A stretch of 64,000 nt of DNA from an uncultured delta proteobacterium (GCA_963785235.1 CAWAUM010000001.1:480001-544000), one strand, 5' to 3'. Positions 34,145 to 45,946 are shown, numbered from the stretch's first letter. The notes: generated by a model not told the origin, from the sequence alone. A program made the numbers and translations.

Positions 34145-34900
34145 ATGGTATTCATCGCAGCGCTCTTCGGGCTCTTTATCGGGAGCTTTCTCAATGTATG
34201 CATCTACCGGATAGCGCGCGATGAGTCCGTGGTGTGGCCGGCATCACACTGCCCGCAGTGCGGGAAGCCCATAAAACCCTGGGATAACATCCCGGTCATA
34301 AGCTATCTCATCTTAAAGGGTAAGTGCAGGAATTGTACCGAACCCATATCGGTTCGGTATCCCGTGGTGGAGCTCTTGAGCGGCCTGCTCGCGGTGAGCC
34401 TGCTCTACCGGTTCGGCCCGAGTGTCCCTTTCCTGATCTATTACCTCTGGGCCTGTGTCCTGCTCATTATCACCTTCATTGACCTTGATATCCAGATCAT
34501 CCCAGACAGGCTGTCGCTGGGCGGCATCGTGGCAGGACTCCTGGTTGTCTACTGGCTGCCCGTGACCTACAAGGACGCACTTTACGGGCTTGTCTTAGGC
34601 GGCGGGTTGCTCCTGGCCATCATCTATGGTTATTATTTTCTCACCAAGAAAGAGGGCATGGGAGGCGGCGATGTGAAACTGCTTGCCATGATCGGCGTTT
34701 TCACGGGCTGGCAGGGTGTTCTCTTCACGGTGTTTGCCGGCTCGCTCATGGGTACCATCGTGGGCATCCCCTACGGGCTCATCAAGAAAGGCACCCTCAA
34801 GGCCGCCATCCCCTTCGGGCCGTTCCTGGCCCTTGGCGCCCTGATCTATGTGTTCTGGGGCCAGCAGATTATTGACTGGTACTTCGGTTTTCTCGGCTGA
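34145..34900 (+). CDS. pilD: Prepilin peptidase (A24)
   Basis: GSFLNVCIYR, SHCPQC, GKCRNC, MGGGDVKL, IPFGPFL. Confidence 0.95.
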   Translation: MVFIAALFGLFIGSFLNVCIYRIARDESVVWPASHCPQCGKPIKPWDNIPVISYLILKGKCRNCTEPISVRYPVVELLSGLLAVSLLYRFGPSVPFLIYYLWACVLLIITFIDLDIQIIPDRLSLGGIVAGLLVVYWLPVTYKDALYGLVLGGGLLLAIIYGYYFLTKKEGMGGGDVKLLAMIGVFTGWQGVLFTVFAGSLMGTIVGIPYGLIKKGTLKAAIPFGPFLALGALIYVFWGQQIIDWYFGFLG

Positions 34901-34981
34901 AGTATTCCTATTTCCCATAAAGAGATTATGTCACAACTCCTGTTGAATCCCTGAGTTCCTAGTGCAACTATTGTATCAGAG

Positions 34982-35020
34982 TCCCCGCCCCTTCAAGGGG
35001 AGGGACAGGGTGGGGATGGG
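34982..35020 (+). repeat. REP-like GC-rich palindrome
   Basis: TCCCCGCCCCTTCAAGGGGAGGGACAGGGTGGGGATGGG, hairpin CCCC-TTCAA-GGGG. Resembles REP units of deltaproteobacteria; single copy in this window. Confidence 0.5.
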
Positions 35021-35168
35021 TTTGACCCCTGAAGTCTCTTATGGCTGAGGACAGAGAGTGAGGGGTATAACATGGACCATCACTCGATCAGATGTATCCA
35101 TCTCCTGAATTGATCATCCAAAAATAGTGAGCAGAGATATGAATGACATGCTTAAGCGAGGTGTTGTT

Positions 35169-35357
35169 ATGAAAACGATAACTGAAAGGTATGAGAGAGA
35201 AGAAATAAAGAATGCCATAAAATGGATATCAGAGCAGATAGAGAATAACTCTGACCAGCCTGTTCAGAAGCTTCTGAACAAGGCTATTTTTGAATTCAAC
35301 CTTTCCCCGGCCGATGCGGAGTTCCTGATGCGCTTTTTCCATGACAGGGCAGCATGA
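35169..35357 (+). CDS. Small hypothetical protein
   Basis: EEIKNAIKWISE...FNLSPADAEFL resembles a small conserved deltaproteobacterial family (from recall). Confidence 0.6.
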   Translation: MKTITERYEREEIKNAIKWISEQIENNSDQPVQKLLNKAIFEFNLSPADAEFLMRFFHDRAA

Positions 35358-35968
35358 CAGGAGCGGGGTGAGGCTTTGCATGATAGCTCATCATTGAGAG
35401 GCTGTTCATATTCAACTGGGGAAATATTCAGTCTCAGGATATCGTCAAGATGACCGGTTATACAGCACCCGAAGTTTCAATTCATAAATATTCATTCGAG
35501 GCAAAATGAATATGTGCACATCATCACTCTTTTACAAATGCCCAAGAAGATAAAGTATGTGCCAATAGTTTTACTTCTGAATGAAGCAGAAAAAGTATAG
35601 TTATCATCTGAGAACTTCTACTTTTAGACCGATACGAGAACATCTATCTATTATAGATATCTATATTCGCGAATATGCTTCAAGTGCGTATAGTTATCGT
35701 TACTTCTTCTGATTGATCGAGGAGTATAGATTATGTTCAGAAACATGCAATAACATCAAAGCACTGATTATCACGAAATCATCAGTCTATTACAACTCAA
35801 AATCATATCAAGAAATATCAATATGAACTGACCCAGAATCAGAGACTGAAGTTAGATGCTATTATATGGAAATATATTTCCATTATTTTCTAAAAGTCAT
35901 CCGTGCTTCAATCTAATCCATCCATGTAGAATAGTATAAATTGTTGTTATTACTTGACTATATACGTG

Positions 35969-35984
35969 TGGCATTTTAATTGCT
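35969..35984 (+). promoter_or_regulatory. Sigma-54 promoter of the PEP-CTERM gene
   Basis: TGGCATTTTAATTGCT = GG-N10-GC; PEP-CTERM genes are commonly sigma-54 driven. Confidence 0.75.
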
Positions 35985-36027
35985 TGATTTATGAAGACAC
36001 CATTTGTGGATAAACAACGGAGGATAA

Positions 36028-36717
36028 ATGAAAAAGTTATTTTTGATTAATATTCTGGGGTTTGCTCTATTTGTATGTACATCATCAATAGCTATGGCTA
36101 CCAGTGTGACATTTAATAGTACGACATACACTACTCCAAGCAGCTCTACAACCTATGGTGGTTTTATAGCGCCCTCAAATACATCATGGGACAGTGGCTC
36201 AAACAAAATCAATATTGTAGACTGGCTGCTGACCTATGGTGGCAACCATAGCTACACATACGTAAACACTGGAACCTGGCTATCAGACGGGGCGTCAAGT
36301 GTCATTCTTGCAGAAATCGCTGGCAATGCAAATACGAATACATTCGGTTATTATACCGAATCGGGGAGAACTCAGCTTTTCAGCGGGAGTGCTTCTACAA
36401 ATGATATGACCGATTTTACTCTTAATCCAGCACAAATATTTGGTTTTTACCTTGGCGTATTGGGCGGAACCTACTATTATACAGATAACTCACACAATCA
36501 AAACATCCAAGCAGCTATCTTCCAACTCAATGATACCAATCAATTTATCATTGGGTTCGAAGACCTGCCATATGGTTCTAGCGACAAAGACTTTCAGGAC
36601 ATGATCGTGAAGGCCACCATCAACCAGACCGCACCGGTCCCCGAGCCAGCGACCATGCTTCTTTTAGGGTCAGGTTTACTTGGTCTTGCAGGATTCAGGA
36701 AGAAGTTAAAGAGATAA
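36028..36717 (+). CDS. PEP-CTERM exosortase-sorted surface protein (DUF4114-like domain)
   Basis: Signal peptide, IGFEDL...DKDFQDMIV, C-terminal VPEPATMLLLGSGLLGLAGFRKK. Confidence 0.93.
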   Translation: MKKLFLINILGFALFVCTSSIAMATSVTFNSTTYTTPSSSTTYGGFIAPSNTSWDSGSNKINIVDWLLTYGGNHSYTYVNTGTWLSDGASSVILAEIAGNANTNTFGYYTESGRTQLFSGSASTNDMTDFTLNPAQIFGFYLGVLGGTYYYTDNSHNQNIQAAIFQLNDTNQFIIGFEDLPYGSSDKDFQDMIVKATINQTAPVPEPATMLLLGSGLLGLAGFRKKLKR

Positions 36718-36738
36718 CATCACATTTTATAGGATAGT

Positions 36739-36773
36739 AAAGGCAGGGTCGATTTCTGGCCCTGCTTTTTATT
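36739..36773 (+). terminator. Intrinsic terminator
   Basis: AAAGGCAGGGTC-loop-GGCCCTGCTTTTT after the PEP-CTERM stop. Confidence 0.8.
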
Positions 36774-37081
36774 TCAATACAAATCAAGAGGGTTGATCCT
36801 TGAGATATTTAATCAGTTTAGAGAAGACTAATAGATGATGATAAAGGTTTGAAACCTATTCAATATGGCACTCTATGTCAGAGCGTTGAACCTCGCACGT
36901 GATCTATACCGTGGATGATTTGTTACAGACAGACACATGTGGCCAGAAATCATCAAATTTGACCAATCATTATGTATTACATTATAACAGTCAGTTTGTA
37001 GAAAGCTGAAATTGATGATATTAGCTGGTTACAACATTATTAATTAAATATTTATCTGACTTTCAGTAATCATTAAGGATA

Positions 37082-37579
37082 GTGTGCTTGAGAATTTGGA
37101 TTGTAGTTCTTATCCTTGTGCTTCTCTATTACTCTACACCATCATACGCCAATGGTGTATTTCTTGAAAGTGGTCAGGGTATATATTACTCTACAGATTC
37201 CCGGACCATATTCCTCAGCTATCAAATAGACTCTCCACAACTATTTGGTCTTAACAGCAACTATAATGTGGCACTCGGTTCATGGAATGGACCAGATCAC
37301 AACAATGCACTTATACTTACTAAGGGTATATGGATGAACCTGCATGGAAAAACATATATTTCTTTTGAACCTGGAGGTGCTTACATTAGACGGACTACAA
37401 ACAACCTTGGTACACGACTTCAGTTTGCGTTCCGATCTGCGCTAGGTATAAGGACAGAAGAATATGACTTTTCGATTGGTTATAAACACTTCTCTAATGG
37501 GAAAGGGATATTCCATTGGACAGATACAGCAAACTTCGGTGAAAATTTCATCACACTCCAAATAGGCTACCTTTTATGA
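37082..37579 (+). CDS. PagL-like lipid A 3-O-deacylase / acyloxyacyl hydrolase beta-barrel
   Basis: Signal peptide, LGTRLQF, YKHFSNG (H-x-S-N catalytic motif), C-terminal beta strand. Confidence 0.75.
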   Translation: MCLRIWIVVLILVLLYYSTPSYANGVFLESGQGIYYSTDSRTIFLSYQIDSPQLFGLNSNYNVALGSWNGPDHNNALILTKGIWMNLHGKTYISFEPGGAYIRRTTNNLGTRLQFAFRSALGIRTEEYDFSIGYKHFSNGKGIFHWTDTANFGENFITLQIGYLL

Positions 37580-37717
37580 TCGCTTTGTAAGGTCGGAAAA
37601 CAGATAATCTTGAAATATAAGCGATGGTGAACTATGTTTTTATTGACAGGGGCCTTACCATGTCCAGCTACGGATTACCCTTCTTACACTGATAAGAGCC
37701 AATCAAGTGCCATTATC

Positions 37718-38902
37718 TCATTGGGGCTTCCTTTCAAGTTCTTGCCATGACTTGTTGGTTTCCGCATTGGGGTTGTAACCCGGGCTGTCCGTGAGAATGT
37801 ATTCACCGCTCCCATTGGTCCACACATGTTTGTATCCCCCCGGCAACTCCACCTGGGATCCTTCGATGGGATTAAAATAGTGTTCAGTGCCCCTGATGGA
37901 CTCGCTCATCTTCTCTCCAATGCGGTCATAGATCTTCTGTCTTTCATTGTATGACTGCATCATGGAGTCACTTATCTCGCTGTTGGTCTGGCTGATGTAT
38001 CGGCTGAGTTCACCCATGGAACGAATGAACTTAAGCTGGTTCTGTACCAGGGTGTTGACCACCTGATTGTAGATGTTGAACCACTGAGGACTGATTCTGA
38101 TGGAATCCGTCATTGCCTTGAATGCCGTTGCCTTTGAAGCAATAGTGCCCTTTGCAGCCTTGTAGGAAAAGATGTAATTCACATACCAGCTGGTGTTGGT
38201 GACAACCCCCTGGAAGGTCTGTATCGGGTATGAGTATCCCTCTACTACGGTGAAGATGTCTTCCTCCATCGGCGTCTCGCCCTTCATGTATTCGATGCGC
38301 ATCTTGGCAGCCCCGCTGAAGGACTGCATCCCTGGTTGTCCCTCCCCTGCCGTCATTGACCTTGCCAGTTCGGGCAGTGGACATACGCTCACGACCTTGA
38401 GTCTGGCAGCCTTGCCCCGGAATCGTGGGATAATAATCCTGGTCAACGCATCTTCGGGGCTGACCACGGGCATCACCTCAGCACCAAAATACCTGGATCC
38501 GGGAGGAAACATGGACAGGAGCATCTGGTTGTTTGTCCAGAACATGGCAAGGCTTGGGAAGGCCTCGAATTCCTCGTGGCCGGTTGGATTTCTCACCGTG
38601 AAGCTGACATTGGCAGGCATGACTGGGTTGTCGAGCACCCAGTTGACCCCTCCGCTGAACTGCCAGCCTACCGGAATGAGAAGGCTGAAGGCTTCACCGC
38701 CTGTACCCTTCCTGTCCACATAGGTGCATTTCTGGAGGCGCAGGGCATCTCCTTGAGTCTGGGCAGACTCGCTGGAGGGCTTGGATTTCAGATCGGTCCC
38801 GCATTGGGGATTCTGTTGCGGATCAGATTTCTGGCAGGATACCAGGAAGAAGATACTCATGAGAAACAGGACAGCTATGGAAACGAAGACATGTCCCCGC
38901 AC
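37718..38902 (-). CDS. Hypothetical lipoprotein
   Basis: Lipobox LVSC after a hydrophobic stretch; 394-aa ORF. Confidence 0.75.
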   Translation of the reverse strand: MRGHVFVSIAVLFLMSIFFLVSCQKSDPQQNPQCGTDLKSKPSSESAQTQGDALRLQKCTYVDRKGTGGEAFSLLIPVGWQFSGGVNWVLDNPVMPANVSFTVRNPTGHEEFEAFPSLAMFWTNNQMLLSMFPPGSRYFGAEVMPVVSPEDALTRIIIPRFRGKAARLKVVSVCPLPELARSMTAGEGQPGMQSFSGAAKMRIEYMKGETPMEEDIFTVVEGYSYPIQTFQGVVTNTSWYVNYIFSYKAAKGTIASKATAFKAMTDSIRISPQWFNIYNQVVNTLVQNQLKFIRSMGELSRYISQTNSEISDSMMQSYNERQKIYDRIGEKMSESIRGTEHYFNPIEGSQVELPGGYKHVWTNGSGEYILTDSPGYNPNAETNKSWQELERKPQ

Positions 38903-39135
38903 GTGACCTCTTTCCTGGCAAGAACTGGCAAAATCCCTTGCTTTTAAAGGGGATGAGCTTTGGTGCCGACTGTTTCATGAGATCGAAGACAATAGTATGC
39001 TTCTGTGTGTTATAAGCCTTGTCGCTTGATCCCCTTGAGTCTGGTTGGTTCCATTTTATCTGATTTTTCATGGTCAATCCTTTTCCCGGCCTGTCAGCTG
39101 ATTGCTTTACAAAAATATCTAAACAATGACGAGTC

Positions 39136-39198
39136 GTTCAACGATTGAACTCACCTGCCGCGGCGTAAGCCGTGGTCTGGTGCAGTGAATGGTTATCT
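39136..39198 (-). mobile_element. Integron attC recombination site
   Basis: Minus strand AGATAAC-CATTCA-CTGCACCAGACCACGGCTTACGCCGCGGCAGGTGAG-TTCAATC-GTTGAAC. R'' overlaps the toxin stop codon, L''/L' pair with extrahelical bases, R' = GTTRRRY; 63 bp. Confidence 0.85.
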
Positions 39199-39531
39199 TC
39201 CAATAATTTCACTCAGACCATCAATTAGATGGTCGAGGACTTCAGGAGGTAGATTGGTGATCTTCTTCCCTATGCGCTGAACAGATAGTGTTCTTATTTG
39301 GCTGATTTTTACCCATGATCTTTTCGGAAGCTTGTCGGTCCCCAGTTCAAATGTGAGAGGGAATCCGGCTTTTTGGGGCTGGCTTGTTATTGCCATGGCA
39401 ATAACTGTTCCTGATCGTTCATTGAAAACATCATGGCTTAAGATGAGTACGGGTCTGATACCAATTTGTTCATTACCTTTTGAGGGATTCAAATCAGCCC
39501 AACGGACATCACCCCTTAATATTCTGGCCAT
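39193..39531 (-). CDS. mazF: PemK/MazF family endoribonuclease toxin
   Basis: [35 protein letters not shown]. Confidence 0.92.
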   Translation of the reverse strand: MARILRGDVRWADLNPSKGNEQIGIRPVLILSHDVFNERSGTVIAMAITSQPQKAGFPLTFELGTDKLPKRSWVKISQIRTLSVQRIGKKITNLPPEVLDHLIDGLSEIIGR

Positions 39532-39758
39532 TCATTCACATCCTCAGAAATTCCTTCATCAGCGAGTGCTTGCTCATATGAAGGGTCAAGCTTTGCACAT
39601 TCCCGGGCAAGCCTGGATTTTTCGAGACGTTTAATTTTATCCTGTACGGCCTCTTGTATTGCCTTACTTCTATTTGGGAAAACATGCTCCTTTACTAGCC
39701 GGTCAAGTCTATGAAGAGTGTCGTCATCGATAGTAATAGCTACTTTGGCTGATCCCAT
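39516..39758 (-). CDS. Ribbon-helix-helix (CopG-type) antitoxin
   Basis: [16 protein letters not shown]....[12 protein letters not shown]; overlaps the toxin start. Confidence 0.88.
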   Translation of the reverse strand: MGSAKVAITIDDDTLHRLDRLVKEHVFPNRSKAIQEAVQDKIKRLEKSRLARECAKLDPSYEQALADEGISEDVNEWPEY

Positions 39759-39769
39759 TTTCCACCTCC

Positions 39770-39790
39770 GGTATGATAATTAATCATACC
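39770..39790. promoter_or_regulatory. Toxin-antitoxin operator palindrome
   Basis: GGTATGAT-N5-ATCATACC just upstream of the antitoxin RBS. Confidence 0.7.
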
Positions 39791-39908
39791 ACTATGAAAG
39801 TCAAGCTGGGATTAGATGCTGGAAGATAATTACTATACCGATTTTTATCGGTATATCAGAATCTGTAATAACTCAGACAGATATCTCGTTCTTATTAACA
39901 TTGATTAA

Positions 39909-40302
39909 ATGAATTACCTCCCAATCCTCATTTGTGAACACAGATCGAATTCCAGGGATAATACAATAAAAGCTTACGGGTTTGTTCTGGGAAAACTCTA
40001 TGATCATTTCGAAGGGAGGGATATGAGGTCTCTTTCCTCAGAGGAGATGCTCATGTTCCTCAATCAGTTGTGTGAAGGGGTAAAGCAAAGAACAAATAGA
40101 TCCAGATATTCAAACCTCAGAGCCTTTTTCAACTTCATCAGGGGCAATATAGATAATGATTTTATTAATCCTTGCGATACCGCGATGATCATGAGAATCT
40201 TCAGACATCCGGAATCCATACATTGGGATATCATCGAAAAAGAAGTGGTTGATGAAGTGATTTTCAGGACAATCAATCCAAGGAATCGTCTTGATCCTGG
40301 AA
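39909..40302 (+). pseudogene. Truncated tyrosine recombinase (N-terminal core-binding domain only)
   Basis: HRSNSRDNTIKAY, RYSNLRAFFNFI, INPC, RTINPRNRL(ILE), then similarity is lost before the catalytic Arg box. Confidence 0.75.
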
Positions 40303-40371
40303 AAGATCTCTGGGATAAGCTGTGTTGGAGAATGTGTCGACTCATGACTTTTAAAGAAGGGTTATTAAGGT

Positions 40372-40899
40372 ATGTCAGGATTCCATGAGAAGATCATAAC
40401 AGCCTTGAAAGAGGCGGCCCTCATCTTTGTCCTGAGCCTTGTACTGGCCCTTGTGATCAATACCCTCAGGCCCGGCGGGCTTGTGGTCATACCTGCCCAT
40501 ACCCAGCCGAAAGAAGCTGGAGTGTCGATAATCAACCCCAGGATATATTCGGCGGATGATTGCTTGCGGCTCCTTCAAGCAGGCAAGGCAGTGTTTCTCG
40601 ATGCGCGGGAGGAAGCGCTGTATAAGATGGGTCACCTTCCGGGGGCCCTCCATGTGCCAAAGGAGAAGGCGGAGCAGTATCTGCCGCAGCTTAGAGGGCT
40701 GGAACGAGGCGGCAAGGTACTCATTGCATATTGCGACGGTCAGGGTTGTATGAAGGCAGAAGAGCTTATGAAGATCCTCCAGGGCAAGGGTATCAAGGCG
40801 CCCGGCCTGTTCTCGGACGGCTGGCAGGGATGGATGGATAAAGGGCTTCCCATTGATGAGGGGGCGGGTAATGGATCAGACAGCACCCAAAATAAGTAA
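40372..40899 (+). CDS. Membrane-anchored rhodanese-like domain protein
   Basis: FLDAR...YKMGHLPGA, IAYCDG, GWQGW. Confidence 0.85.
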   Translation: MSGFHEKIITALKEAALIFVLSLVLALVINTLRPGGLVVIPAHTQPKEAGVSIINPRIYSADDCLRLLQAGKAVFLDAREEALYKMGHLPGALHVPKEKAEQYLPQLRGLERGGKVLIAYCDGQGCMKAEELMKILQGKGIKAPGLFSDGWQGWMDKGLPIDEGAGNGSDSTQNK

Positions 40900-41344
40900 C
40901 AGCTCCTTGGTTGCATGTGCCTTCCGTGCCTTGCTGGGGTGCATGTTCCTCTATACCGGGGTGATCCATGCCCTTGACCCCATGGGATTTGCCGAAGCAG
41001 TCGCCAACTACCGGATCCTGCCCGCAGTCCTGGTGAATCCTTTTGCCGTGGTGCTCCCCTTTGTTGAGATGATAACCGGAATAGCCCTCATCCTCGGCAT
41101 ACTCATACCCGGCAGCTCGCTGATCATTGCCGGGCTCCTCTTTGTGTTCGCACTTGCCCTGGGCATAGCCCTCTTCAAGGGCCTTGATATCTCATGCGGG
41201 TGCTTTACCACATCGAAAGAGGCCCAGAGCATATCCTGGATCTACCTCGTCCGGGATCTCGGACTGCTTGCCATGGCGGTCTTTGTTTTCAGCTTTGATA
41301 CGGGTGTGGCTTCGATCAGGAAAATACGGGGATTGAAAAGATAG
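40871..41344 (+). CDS. DoxX/MauE family membrane protein
   Basis: FAEAVANYRILP, LPFVE, GLDISCGCF, RD. Confidence 0.85.
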   Translation: MDQTAPKISNSSLVACAFRALLGCMFLYTGVIHALDPMGFAEAVANYRILPAVLVNPFAVVLPFVEMITGIALILGILIPGSSLIIAGLLFVFALALGIALFKGLDISCGCFTTSKEAQSISWIYLVRDLGLLAMAVFVFSFDTGVASIRKIRGLKR

Positions 41345-41350
41345 GCAGTA

Positions 41351-41378
41351 CAGGGCAGGCACCAGGCCTGCCCCCTGC
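41351..41378. terminator. GC-rich hairpin between convergent genes (REP-like, possibly a bidirectional terminator)
   Basis: GGGCAGGC-ACCAG-GCCTGCCC; similar to the GTAG REP at 62395. Confidence 0.55.
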
Positions 41379-41389
41379 AATCATGCCGA

Positions 41390-41782
41390 TCATTCTTTAC
41401 ATGCAATACACCCGATCTCTACGAGGGCATCCTTTGGCAGCCTTGATACCTCCACCGTGACGCGGGCCGGTTTGATATCTCCAGGAAAGAAGGTGGCATA
41501 AACCTCGTTCATGGCTGCGAACTCATTGAAGTCCTTGAGATAGACCTCGGTCTTCACGATCCGGTTAAGTGACAGCCCTGCCTCTTTCAGGATCGCTTCA
41601 ATATTTTTCAGCACCTGGAGAGTCTGATCCTTGATGCCTCCTTCAATGATGGAGCCTGTTGACGGATTCAGGGCTATCTGGCCCGAGACAAACACGAAGC
41701 CGCCTGCCACAACAGCCTGGCAATAGGGCCCTATGGCCTTCGGGGCGCCTTCAGTTTGAATTGCAGTGATGGATTGCGGCAT
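41390..41782 (-). CDS. ridA: RidA/YjgF family enamine deaminase
   Basis: [35 protein letters not shown]. Confidence 0.92.
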   Translation of the reverse strand: MPQSITAIQTEGAPKAIGPYCQAVVAGGFVFVSGQIALNPSTGSIIEGGIKDQTLQVLKNIEAILKEAGLSLNRIVKTEVYLKDFNEFAAMNEVYATFFPGDIKPARVTVEVSRLPKDALVEIGCIACKE

Positions 41783-41977
41783 CTTCAGTGACCTCCTTTT
41801 TGTCTTATCAAGGCTGTATCATACATGTACGGGAGTCATCCATGGATTTCACATAACCAGCCCTTATATGAGAAAAATATTGATTTTTAAGACTTCCTCG
41901 ACCCTTGAACTTCTGCTAAACTGATATGGTATCCCCCTTTCGGGATAGACCGGTTGCTGTGAAAAGGAGTCGCCCGG

Positions 41978-43111
41978 ATGAAATCTGTTTTTGTATATAC
42001 CTCTGCATTCGATACCTACAGCCTTGGGAGCGATCATCCCTTCAAGCCCTACAAGGCCACCATGGTCTATGAACTCTGCTATCGCTACGGCCTGTTTGAC
42101 CACCCATGGATAAAGGTGTACGAGCCTAAACCGGCAACCACCGAAGTCATGGCCGAGTACCACTCACTGGAATATATCGATGCGCTCAAAGGGTGTAATG
42201 GCGGCAACTTTGATTTCACCATGCTGCAATATGGGCTGGGCACGAGTGACAACCCCATTTTCAAAGGTGTCTTCGATTTCTCTCTCCTTGTGCTTGGCGC
42301 CACCGTAGCCTCTGCCGAATTCATTGCATCAGGTGAGGCTGACACCACGTTCAGTGCTGTGGGGGGGCTTCACCATGGCGGCTTGGGACACGCCGAGGGG
42401 TTCTGCTATGTGAACGACATCGTGATAGCCATCAAGCGACTTTTGGCAAGGGGTTTCAAGCGGGTCCTCTACATCGACATCGACGCCCACCACGGTAATG
42501 GGGTTCAGGACGCCTTTTATGACTCTGACCAGGTGCTGTTCATATCATTGCATCAGAATGGCGAGAGCATCTATCCGGGCACTGGCTTCGAGAACGAGAT
42601 GGGCCAGGGCAAGGGCCTTGGCTTCACGGTTAATCTGCCGCTCCCGGAATACACGGATGACGAGACGTATGTCAGGGCATTCAAGGAGATCTACCCCCCC
42701 CTTGTCAAGGCCTTTGAGCCCGAGTGCGTTGTGGCCCAGATAGGGCTCGATACCCTCAAGAAGGACCCGCTTACGAACCTGCGTCTTACCAATAACGGTT
42801 TCTGCGCGGTCATGGAAATGATCCGTAAGAGCTGCCCCAAGGTGCTGGCGCTGGGCGGTGGAGGCTACAGCGTGCCGGATGTTGTGAGGGGCTGGACGCT
42901 CGCCTGGTCCATATTAAACGGGATACATCCCGTGGATCACCATGGAGGATGTATAGGAAGCGCGGTATATGGTCCTGGGCAGGGCATCGATGAGCTCAGG
43001 GACCATGCGTACAGAATATCGGATGCGCTAAAAAAGTCAGTGGACAGCTACGTGGACGATAAGATAGCCTATATCAAGTCCAATGTGTTTCCCATCCTCG
43101 GGATCAGATAA
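41978..43111 (+). CDS. AcuC-like histone deacetylase family protein
   Basis: GGLHH, GFCYVND, YIDIDAHHGNG, SLHQ, DPL, GGGGY. Confidence 0.9.
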   Translation: MKSVFVYTSAFDTYSLGSDHPFKPYKATMVYELCYRYGLFDHPWIKVYEPKPATTEVMAEYHSLEYIDALKGCNGGNFDFTMLQYGLGTSDNPIFKGVFDFSLLVLGATVASAEFIASGEADTTFSAVGGLHHGGLGHAEGFCYVNDIVIAIKRLLARGFKRVLYIDIDAHHGNGVQDAFYDSDQVLFISLHQNGESIYPGTGFENEMGQGKGLGFTVNLPLPEYTDDETYVRAFKEIYPPLVKAFEPECVVAQIGLDTLKKDPLTNLRLTNNGFCAVMEMIRKSCPKVLALGGGGYSVPDVVRGWTLAWSILNGIHPVDHHGGCIGSAVYGPGQGIDELRDHAYRISDALKKSVDSYVDDKIAYIKSNVFPILGIR

Positions 43112-43182
43112 TGATGGGGCATTAGGTTCCTTTCCAGGAGAGGGCCGGGTAGTTATCTTAAATTTATGGGGTGAACTGATCT

Positions 43183-43565
43183 ATGGATGAAGAAAAGAAA
43201 GAGGAAATAAAAAGCTATACCTTTACGGATAAAAGAGGGGTTGAAACGGAAGAAACAAAAGAAACCAAAGAATTTAATCCTCAACCTCCGGAAGAGAAAG
43301 ATCAGCCGGGTTCTGCCCATACCATTGATTTTACAACATTGATCATGAGCCTTGCCAGTTCCGCCCTGGTCAGCATGGGGAGAGTGCCTGACCCTGAAAC
43401 AGGCACAGTCCAGAAAAATTTAGGTTTTGCCCAACAGAATATCGATATCATTCATCTCTTGCAGGAAAAGACCAGGGGGAACCTCTCGGCCGATGAGGAA
43501 CGCCTGATAGAACAAATACTCTACGAATTACGGATGAGCTATATCAGCGTGTTGAAGGATGAGAA

Positions 43566-43569
<4 letters not shown>
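43183..43569 (+). CDS. DUF1844 domain protein
   Basis: IDFTTLIMSL...A..IDII.LLQEKTRGNL...E..L....LYELRM.Y. Confidence 0.85.
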
Positions 43570-45061
<1,492 letters not shown>

Positions 45062-45065
<4 letters not shown>

Positions 45066-45946
45066 AGATCTTAGCCCCGGCCAAGATCAACATCTACCTC
45101 GAGGTGGTTGGGAAGAGGCCGGACGGTTACCATGAATTGCGCACCATCATGGTGCCGCTTGGATTCGGGGATGAGATCTTTATTGAGGTCGCCCCTTCAA
45201 AAATTACCCTTGATGCGCCTGGATGCGCTTGCCCTGATCAGGACAACCTAGCCTACCGGGCAGCACGGCTTTTTCTTGACAGAACCGGTATACCAAAAGG
45301 TGTCAGTATCAGGGTCGTTAAGCGAATCCCTGTTGGTGCCGGTCTGGGTGGAGGCAGCAGTGATGCATCAAGTGTATTGCTTGGTATGAACGGGCTCTTT
45401 GGGACAGGGCTTGGTGTGCAGGAACTCGCGGGTCTTGCAGGCGACTTAGGCGCTGATTGTCCCTTTTTCCTCTATCAAAAACCCATGCTCATGGGCTCGC
45501 GTGGTGATGTACCCATATCAGAGGTAGTACTTGCGGACCGCGCATATCTTATTGTTATTCCTCCATTGCACATCTCTACTGCCGCTATTTTTTCAAAATT
45601 TACCTTGCCATTGACTCGATACGAGGATAGAATTAAAATAGTCAAGACTAAGGACCATTGTATTGTGCCTGAGGTTTGGGTCAGAAATGACCTTGAATCT
45701 GTGGCCTGTAATATTTATCCCGAGCTTACGAGAATAAAAGAAGAGCTTATCAGTTCAGGGGCACTGAAAGCCGGCATGTCAGGTAGCGGATCGGCTGTTT
45801 TTGGTGTTTACGAATCACAAGCTCATCTGTGCAGTGCATTGAGCCGTCTTGCACGGCATGAGGGGTATAATTATATACCCACAACAAGATTGACGGGGGA
45901 TATATATGGAGATTACAGAGGTAAAGGTGTTTCCGGTCAAGGATAA
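45062..45946 (+). CDS. ispE: 4-diphosphocytidyl-2-C-methyl-D-erythritol kinase
   Basis: APAKIN, KRIPVGAGLGGGSSDA, GADCPFF, MSGSGS. Confidence 0.95.

Larger units (their letters stand above)
39142..39829 (-). mobile_element. Integron-type gene cassette carrying a type II toxin-antitoxin pair
   Basis: The cassette begins TTATCTTCC (39829-39821), the exact complement of the R''-side GGAAGATAA (39201-39193), and ends at the G of the attC R'. Confidence 0.8.

Noticed and set aside
37697-37712. Sigma-54-like TGGCACTTGATTGGCT on the minus strand
   Set aside because: It points at no credible ORF; probably chance or a remnant.
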